NCBI GenBank assembly: GCA_018711385.1
Contig: DVIK01000058.1
Coordinates: forward strand, 585 to 64,584
DNA: 64,000 nucleotides
Reading direction: 5' to 3'
Origin: Candidatus Coproplasma avistercoris
GTDB lineage: Bacteria; Bacillota; Clostridia; Christensenellales; Borkfalkiaceae
A program made the position numbers and the translations under genes. Below are positions 58,318 to 64,000 of the stretch, piece by piece (position 1 is the first letter of the stretch; each line of letters starts with the position of its first letter). The notes under the pieces are model-generated. The model saw only the letters and a list, made by a program, of their open reading frames with translations, was not told the origin of the DNA and made no database searches.

Positions 58318-60115
58318 GCGCGACTTTTCCGGGCTTAAAAAGCTCGCCCCGTTCTTAAAGACCTACCGTGGCATGTTCGCCGCCATGATAGTATGCACCG
58401 TGCTCGTCGGTGTGTTCAACACCATACTGCCGCTCTTCCAGCAGTACGCGTTCGATAACTTCATCGCAAACGACACCCTCGAAGGGCTGGCGCCCTTCAT
58501 AGTCCTGTACATACTCTGCCTGCTCGTCACCATGGCGCTCGACTATGTTGCGTCCTTCGACTGCTGCAAGCTGGAGATGTATCTCCTGCGCGACATGCGC
58601 CGCGCTGCGTTCAACCACCTGCAGACGCTCTCGGTGTCCTATTTCAGCGCCAACAGCGTGGGCAGGGTGCACGCGAGGGTGATGAGCGATACCTCCGCCA
58701 TAGGCTCCATTATCTCGTGGGACGTATATCAGGGCGGCTGGAACGTCACATATGTGATAAGCGCGGTGATAATAATGCTCGCGCTCGACCCTTTGCTCGC
58801 GCTGTGCGTCATAGTCGTTGTGCCGCTCGTGGCGGTAGCTTCCTGCTACTTCCAGCGCAGGCTCACCGTGCTCAACCGCAGGGTCAGGGAGATAAATTCC
58901 GAGATCACCGGCGGCTTCAACGAGGGCATAACGGGCGTGCAGACGGCAAAGACGCTCGCCATAGAGGACAGGCTCGACGCCCGCTTTTCGCGCAATACCG
59001 CGCGCATGCACAGGCAGGGCACAAAGCTCGGTCACAACCGCGCGCTCTTCTATTCGATAATAGCTTTCGCTTCCTCGGCGGCGCTCGCGCTCGTGCTGTG
59101 GTACGGCGGCGTGCTCACTGCCGAAAACGCCGTAAAGCTGGGCACTCTCACGGTGTTCATGACCTACGCGCAGGGCATAATGTCGCCCGTGCAGTGGTCG
59201 GTGGACGCCATCGCCGACCTGATAGCGGTAAAGGTCAACGCCGAGCGCCTCTCCGCGCTGCTCTCCACCGAGAGCGACGTCAAGGACACCCCCGAGGTGA
59301 CGGCAAAGTACGGCGACACGTTCGATCCAAAGCGGGAGAACTGGGAGCCGCTCTACGGCGACGTGGAGTTCAGGGACGTCACCTTCCGCTACCCCGACGG
59401 CGAAGAGAACGTGCTCGAACACTTCAACCTGAAAGTCCCCAAGGGCACGCTCGTAGCCATAGTCGGCGAGACGGGCGCTGGCAAGTCTACCCTGGTAAAT
59501 CTCGTGTGCAGGTTCTACGAACCGACGGAGGGACAGGTGCTCATCGACGGCCGCGACGCGCGCGAACGCTCGGTGGGCTGGCTGCACAGCCACATAGGCT
59601 ACGTGTTGCAGACGCCGCACCTGTTCTCGGGCACAGTGCGCGAAAATCTTCTGTACGGCAACGAGACCGCCACGCAGGCGCAGCTCGAAGAGGCGTGCGC
59701 AAGCGTAAATGCCGACAAGGTGATAGCCCGCCTTGAAAACGGCTACGACAGCTGCATCGGCGAAGACGGCTGCTCGCTCTCCACGGGCGAAAAGCAGCTG
59801 CTGTCCTTTGCGCGCGCGATACTCGCCGACCCCGCAATCTTCGTGCTCGACGAGGCGACCTCCTCGATAGACACCATCACCGAAAAGCTGATACAGCAGG
59901 CCATCGAAAAACTTATGCGCGGCAGGACGAGCTTCGTGATCGCCCACCGCCTGTCCACCATCCGTTCGGCAGACGTCATCCTCGCCGTGCACGGCGGAAA
60001 GATAGTCGAAAGCGGCACGCACGAGGAGCTGATAAAAAGGCGCGGCTACTATTACGGGCTGTATATAAAGCAGTTCCGAGAAGAGAAGCTGCGGCGGCAG
60101 GAAATAATTCCCTGA
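58307..60115 (+). CDS. ABC exporter half-transporter (TMD-NBD), pair 2 subunit 2
   Basis: GGAGGGGG RBS. Overlaps the upstream gene by 11 nt. GETGAGKST, LSTGEKQLLSFAR, FVLDEATSSID. Confidence 0.9.
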   Translation: MKGKRDFSGLKKLAPFLKTYRGMFAAMIVCTVLVGVFNTILPLFQQYAFDNFIANDTLEGLAPFIVLYILCLLVTMALDYVASFDCCKLEMYLLRDMRRAAFNHLQTLSVSYFSANSVGRVHARVMSDTSAIGSIISWDVYQGGWNVTYVISAVIIMLALDPLLALCVIVVVPLVAVASCYFQRRLTVLNRRVREINSEITGGFNEGITGVQTAKTLAIEDRLDARFSRNTARMHRQGTKLGHNRALFYSIIAFASSAALALVLWYGGVLTAENAVKLGTLTVFMTYAQGIMSPVQWSVDAIADLIAVKVNAERLSALLSTESDVKDTPEVTAKYGDTFDPKRENWEPLYGDVEFRDVTFRYPDGEENVLEHFNLKVPKGTLVAIVGETGAGKSTLVNLVCRFYEPTEGQVLIDGRDARERSVGWLHSHIGYVLQTPHLFSGTVRENLLYGNETATQAQLEEACASVNADKVIARLENGYDSCIGEDGCSLSTGEKQLLSFARAILADPAIFVLDEATSSIDTITEKLIQQAIEKLMRGRTSFVIAHRLSTIRSADVILAVHGGKIVESGTHEELIKRRGYYYGLYIKQFREEKLRRQEIIP

Positions 60116-60134
60116 AAAATTTTTCGATCGGGTA

Positions 60135-60163
60135 TTGACAAGTAAACTATGCCGTAGTACAAT
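60135..60163 (+). promoter_or_regulatory. sigma-A type promoter of the small XRE gene
   Basis: TTGACA (60135-60140), 17 nt, TACAAT (60158-60163). Confidence 0.55.
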
Positions 60164-60222
60164 ATAAAGGCAGTTGGTTGCAAATATAACTTGTGGCGCA
60201 TAGGCGCAGGAGGCATTTATAT

Positions 60223-60441
60223 ATGGCGGCAAAATTCAAACTCGAACTCATGAACGGCGTAAAGGCGGCGCGCAAAGAGCGCGGCTGGTCGCAGTCCGAC
60301 CTTGCGCAGATGGTGGGCGTTTCGCGCAACACCATCAGCAGCATCGAAACGGGCGCGTTCAACCCCACGGCGAAACTTGCGCTCATACTGTGCATAGCCC
60401 TCGGCAAAAAGTTCGAGGAATTGTTCTGGTTTGCAGAATAA
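60223..60441 (+). CDS. XRE-family HTH transcriptional regulator (72 aa)
   Basis: Start ATG 60223 after AGGAGG. HTH SQSDLAQMVGVSRNTISSIETG. Confidence 0.8.
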   Translation: MAAKFKLELMNGVKAARKERGWSQSDLAQMVGVSRNTISSIETGAFNPTAKLALILCIALGKKFEELFWFAE

Positions 60442-60454
60442 ATTTACAGGCAAA

Positions 60455-60487
60455 AAAATTCCCGCGCGTTGTCCGCGCGGGAATTTT
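60455..60487. terminator. bidirectional terminator
   Basis: 14-nt arms AAAATTCCCGCGCG/CGCGCGGGAATTTT. Confidence 0.8.
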
Positions 60488-60501
60488 ACTTTTGCAGCGT
60501 T

Positions 60502-61368
60502 TTATTTTGCGGGGTAAACAAGTTTTCCGCCGCTGTATATCTCGGCGCCCACCCTGCGCCTGGAATCTTTGGTGATGACTATCTCGCCTATGCTGTCGGC
60601 GGCTATCCTGCCGTTTTCGGGGTTCTTTACCGAAACTATCCCGCCCTTTATGGTGGCGTTCACGTCGCTGTATTCGAAGGTCAGGTCGCAGTCCTCGGTG
60701 GTGCAGTCGATAAGGGTGAGGTTTTTGCAGTAGCACAGCGGCTGCGTGCCCTTGATGTGGCAGCGCACGAGCGTAAGCCCCTTTGAGTACCAGCCCAGGT
60801 ACTCGCCGCCCACAAAGCTGTCGTAAACGGTGACGTTCTCCGAATGCCAGAAGGCGTCCTTGGTCCGGAAGCGGCAGTTCCTGAAAGTGGCGTTCTTTAT
60901 GTACTGAAAGGTGTATTTCCCCTCAAGCTCCAGCCCGTCGGCCTCTATGTCCTTCGCCTCGAAGAAGGCGTACATCGAATCTATTTTAGTGTCTTTGATT
61001 CGTATCCTGCTGCTGCGCCAGCCGAACTCGGGCGAGATTATCTCGTCGTCTTCAAGCGTCACTCCGCGGCACTCGCGCACGGCCTTTATGCCGCTCAGCC
61101 TGCTTGCGGTTATGGTGATGTTTCTGTCGTACCACAGCGCGGCGCGGCAGTTCTCCGTCTGCGTGCAGCCGTGCATCTCAAGGCCGGTGCAGTGCCACAT
61201 GGGATAGCGCAGGTCAAAGTATCCGTTCTCTATCCGCACGTTCCTGCACTCCTTCAGCGCCGACTCGCCGTCGGCGGGGCCCTCGATGCGGCAGTCCTTC
61301 AGCTCTATACCGTTCTGCGCGTACAGCGCGCGCTCTTCGTCGTAAGTTTTTCCTTCAATTATCTTCAT
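60502..61368 (-). CDS. DUF3737-like beta-helix protein (288 aa)
   Basis: I place the start at ATG 61368 (MKIIEGKTYDEERALY...). Repetitive (N/D)C-containing beta-helix turns. The family assignment is from memory. Confidence 0.55.
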   Translation of the reverse strand: MKIIEGKTYDEERALYAQNGIELKDCRIEGPADGESALKECRNVRIENGYFDLRYPMWHCTGLEMHGCTQTENCRAALWYDRNITITASRLSGIKAVRECRGVTLEDDEIISPEFGWRSSRIRIKDTKIDSMYAFFEAKDIEADGLELEGKYTFQYIKNATFRNCRFRTKDAFWHSENVTVYDSFVGGEYLGWYSKGLTLVRCHIKGTQPLCYCKNLTLIDCTTEDCDLTFEYSDVNATIKGGIVSVKNPENGRIAADSIGEIVITKDSRRRVGAEIYSGGKLVYPAK

Positions 61369-61505
61369 ACCGCATATTTTATAACCATGCGCGCGTTCAG
61401 TCAAACCATTTTGCCCCGCCGTGCGATACTTATTTCGCATATTCGGCCATGCGCGCGGCGCGCCGTTAAAAACTTATGTAATTGGCGCCGGGCGCCCGAC
61501 TTTGC

Positions 61506-61534
61506 TTGCCAAAAGCGGGCATATGTTTTATAAT
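61506..61534 (+). promoter_or_regulatory. sigma-A type promoter
   Basis: TTGCCA (61506-61511), 17 nt, TATAAT (61529-61534). Confidence 0.5.
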
Positions 61535-61564
61535 CTTTGGTAAATACGCGCGCGGAGGTGCAGG

Positions 61565-62485
61565 GTGATCATACGTTACGGCTCGTTTGCCTATTTTCTC
61601 CCCATAGTAATTCTGGCGGCGGCCGTCGTGCTGATGTACTTTGCGCTGCGAAAGACAAGCCGCCGGGCAAAGTCCGCTGCGGTGTTCGTGCTCGCCGTGC
61701 TCAACATAATCCAGCACATTTTCAAACAGTTCATATGGCCGCACTACTTCGGCGATCCGTATCCCGCAACCATAAACACCGCCTACAACATGTGCGCCAC
61801 GCTCATACTCATCACTCCGTTCGTGCTGCTCTCGCGCAGCTCTGCGTGGAAGCAGTTCATGGCCTACGTGGGCACCGCAGCCGGCGCTCTCACGTTTGTC
61901 GTGCCATACTGGTATATAGGCGGCACTCTGTTTCAGTGGGACGTGCTGCGCTATTATGCGTGCCACGGTCTGCTGCTCGCAACGTCGCTGCTGCCCGCGC
62001 TGTGGGGGCTGCACAAAATAAACTGGCGCGATTTTTACAAGCTGCCGTTCATGTTCTTTTCCCTGCTGATATTCATCGCCTTCAATTACATGGTATGCTG
62101 GGCGCTTGGCATAAACGGCGGCGGGGAGGGCGACTTTTTCGAAATCCTCTATAATTCCAATCCGCTGTGGATGATGCATCCCGGCGACAATTTCACCTTC
62201 ATAGTCCCCGTCATAGACCTGTTTACCCCCGACATATTCTTCGGCGACGGCGCCCGCCCGTATACTCCGATACTGTGGTATGCCATACCGCTCACGCTGG
62301 CGATGTGGATCCTCGCGTTCGCATTCGACGCGATCATAGACAGGCGCCGTTTTGTCGCCGATTGTTCTGCGTCCGCGCGCGCGTTAAAGGATATGTTTTT
62401 CGGAGTAACGCCCGTGCTGCCGCTTTCAAGAAGGGTGAAATACCGCGCGCCGAAGTTCCGCTATAAGCGGTACAGACGCCGTTGA
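61565..62485 (+). CDS. integral membrane protein (YwaF/TIGR02206-like)
   Basis: 306 aa with about 7 TM. The family guess is weak. Confidence 0.6.
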   Translation: MIIRYGSFAYFLPIVILAAAVVLMYFALRKTSRRAKSAAVFVLAVLNIIQHIFKQFIWPHYFGDPYPATINTAYNMCATLILITPFVLLSRSSAWKQFMAYVGTAAGALTFVVPYWYIGGTLFQWDVLRYYACHGLLLATSLLPALWGLHKINWRDFYKLPFMFFSLLIFIAFNYMVCWALGINGGGEGDFFEILYNSNPLWMMHPGDNFTFIVPVIDLFTPDIFFGDGARPYTPILWYAIPLTLAMWILAFAFDAIIDRRRFVADCSASARALKDMFFGVTPVLPLSRRVKYRAPKFRYKRYRRR

Positions 62486-62522
62486 ACGCGGCATATATGC
62501 GGTGCGATTAAAGGAGGGGCCG

Positions 62523-63230
62523 ATGTTGTTCAAAAATTTCAAACGCGATCCCGGGCCGTATGTCTTTGCCATGTTTGCTCTCACGGGCGGATTTTTGGAG
62601 GCGTTCACTTTTCTGCTGCACGGCGGCGTGTTCTGCAACGCGCAGACCGGCAACCTCGTGATGCTGGTGATAAATTTTGTCGGCGGCGACTTCCCGTCGG
62701 GACTGCGCTATCTGTATTCCATACTCGCATACGTGTTCGGCATACTGCTCTCCGTCGCCATACCGCTCTGTTTAAGGCGGGTCAACCTGCCGCTGGCAGT
62801 CACCGCCGCCGAGATAGCCGTGCTCGCCGCCTTGGCGTTCATCCCCGAAAGCGTGCCCGACTGGGTGACCTATGCCACGGTGTCGTTTGTGTGCGCCGTA
62901 CAGTACAACACGTTCACAACCCTGCGCGGGCAGAAGCTCGCCACCACGTTCTGCACCAACAACCTCCGCCAGACGGTCATGCATTTTGCGCACGGCGTTG
63001 CGGAAAAGAGCGTTGCCGAGTTCAAAAAGAGCGGCATATATGCCTTTATCATCCTGTGTTTTGCCGCCGGCGCGGCGGCTGGTGTGTTTGCCTCGCGCGG
63101 GCTGGGCAACTACTGCATACTCATCTGCGCGGCTCTGCTTTTGCCCGTGCTCGCGCTGTTCATTGCCGACAGCTGCATAAACTTCCGCCGCGCAAAGCGT
63201 GACGGCGCGGACGCAAAAACCCGGCAGTGA
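62523..63230 (+). CDS. YoaK/DUF1275-family membrane protein
   Basis: Start ATG 62523 after AAAGGAGGGG. Motif GGFLEAFTFLLHGGVFCNAQTGN is typical of DUF1275. Confidence 0.75.
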   Translation: MLFKNFKRDPGPYVFAMFALTGGFLEAFTFLLHGGVFCNAQTGNLVMLVINFVGGDFPSGLRYLYSILAYVFGILLSVAIPLCLRRVNLPLAVTAAEIAVLAALAFIPESVPDWVTYATVSFVCAVQYNTFTTLRGQKLATTFCTNNLRQTVMHFAHGVAEKSVAEFKKSGIYAFIILCFAAGAAAGVFASRGLGNYCILICAALLLPVLALFIADSCINFRRAKRDGADAKTRQ

Positions 63231-63352
63231 ACATGTGCCGATTTGCGCATATGCGCGCGCCAATTTATATAATGCGCGGCATCGCATTCACTTTTTTGTA
63301 TGTGCAACCTGCTAAAATATTCGTTTCAGCGCAAAAAATCTCCGCCGCGCCG

Positions 63353-63381
63353 TTGACAAACGCCCGCGGCGGGGTTATAAT
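63353..63381 (+). promoter_or_regulatory. sigma-A type promoter of the T-box leader
   Basis: TTGACA (63353-63358), 17 nt, TATAAT (63376-63381). Confidence 0.65.
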
Positions 63382-63387
63382 GATGGC

Positions 63388-63668
63388 AATTTAATAGACT
63401 AAATCGTTGAGGTAAAAAGTAACCTGCGTATGGTCGGCTTTCAAGAGAGTCCCGGACGGTGGAAGCGGGGTGGCGGCCGCGGGTGAATGGGTTACCGAGA
63501 GCGGGTGTGAAGGGGTGCGCCGCACTCTGCGTAGCGTCCGACGGGGCTTTCCCGTTACAGGAAGAGGGCATTGGCTGATGCCCGTAAAGAGGCCGTTTTT
63601 ATACGGCGAAATTGGGTGGCAACACGGATATATTCGTCCCAAGCGAATGTATCCGTGCGTTTTTTTAT
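63388..63668 (+). promoter_or_regulatory. T-box riboswitch leader, tryptophan specifier (UGG)
   Basis: Stem I AG-bulge/distal-loop signature AGAGAGUCC...GGUGGAAG (about 63439-63465). GAA-UGG-G specifier with UGG at 63488-63490. T-box sequence AAAUUGGGUGGCAACACGG at 63608-63627; its UGGC complements the tRNA 3' GCCA end. Terminator CACGGATA...TATCCGTG (63623-63657) followed by a T-run. Confidence 0.85.
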
Positions 63669-63754
63669 ACCCGAGAATTCAGGTTTGGGCTATTAAAGAA
63701 TTTTTCCGCCGCCAACGTGCGGCAAACAGACAAATTTTATGGAGGTAAACCGCA

Positions 63755-64000
63755 ATGTCTGAAAAAATTCCATACAAGATGTATCTTTCCGAAGAGGAGA
63801 TGCCCAAAACCTGGCTCAATCTTAAAGCGTTCATGAAGAACGGACACCCGCCATTCATCAATCCCGCAACGGGCAAGCCGTGTACGGCGGAGGAGTTGGA
63901 GCAGGTGTTCTGCAAGGAGTGCGTGGAACAGGAGCTGAACACCGCGGATAAGGAGATAGAGATCCCCGAAGGCATCCGCAACTTCTACACCAATTTCCGT
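63755..64000 (+). CDS. TrpB2-type tryptophan synthase beta-like PLP enzyme (first 82 codons; continues beyond window)
   Basis: GGAGG lies 9 nt upstream. MSEKIPYKMYLSEEEMPKTWLNLKAFM...PFINPATGKPCTAEELEQVF...IEIPEGIRNFY matches the N-terminal extension typical of TrpB2-class enzymes. Confidence 0.7.
   Translation, partial: MSEKIPYKMYLSEEEMPKTWLNLKAFMKNGHPPFINPATGKPCTAEELEQVFCKECVEQELNTADKEIEIPEGIRNFYTNFR

Overview
The window is 64 kb of high-GC chromosome. My hand counts on 60-nt lines give about 58-68% GC in housekeeping genes. GGAGG-type RBSs, TTGACA-17-TATAAT promoters, a T-box leader, a BceRS-AB-type module, PerR/rubrerythrin, DegV and FeoAB fit an anaerobic Clostridia-class Firmicute; that assignment is inference. 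I call 52 intact protein genes, one tmRNA, one T-box riboswitch and one decayed IS200-like fragment. I saw no rRNA, tRNA, CRISPR array, integrase or intact transposase. Blocks, in order: (1) 1-12 kb housekeeping: phosphohexomutase, rdgB, trmL, PerR-rubrerythrin, a pfs-luxS-ung-apgM operon, and fruK coupled to a short PPTase. (2) ssrA at 12.16 kb. (3) A BceRS-AB-like peptide-antibiotic module, 13.1-17.5 kb. (4) A heterodimeric ABC exporter, 19.3-22.9 kb. (5) A 1.3 kb low-GC cassette (SLOG/DUF1273-like gene, XRE gene and a 50-nt tandem array) bounded by perfect 36-nt direct repeats, 22.96-24.33 kb. (6) A beta-propeller/LTD lipoprotein, nadA and an Rrf2 regulator. (7) A complete DeoR-controlled L-rhamnose locus: GH78, rhaB, rhaA, rhaD, MFS, fucO. 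(8) An IS200 remnant flanked by G9/G10 tracts. (9) A 14.6 kb co-directional cell-envelope locus, 39.07-53.7 kb. It holds a 1842-aa repeat lipoprotein with a low-GC C-terminal module, then a translationally coupled ABC ATPase, 562-aa permease and 1022-aa Big_2/beta-helix exoprotein, then an O-antigen-ligase(Wzy_C)-GNAT fusion and a C-terminally anchored secreted protein. (10) feoAB, a second ABC exporter pair, small regulators and membrane proteins, and a Trp T-box in front of a TrpB2-type gene. The best candidates for undescribed biology are the envelope locus (9) and the repeat-bounded cassette (5). Neither is proven to be a system; the links rest on adjacency, overlapping stop/start codons and composition. 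All family assignments are from my reading of motifs, not from database searches.
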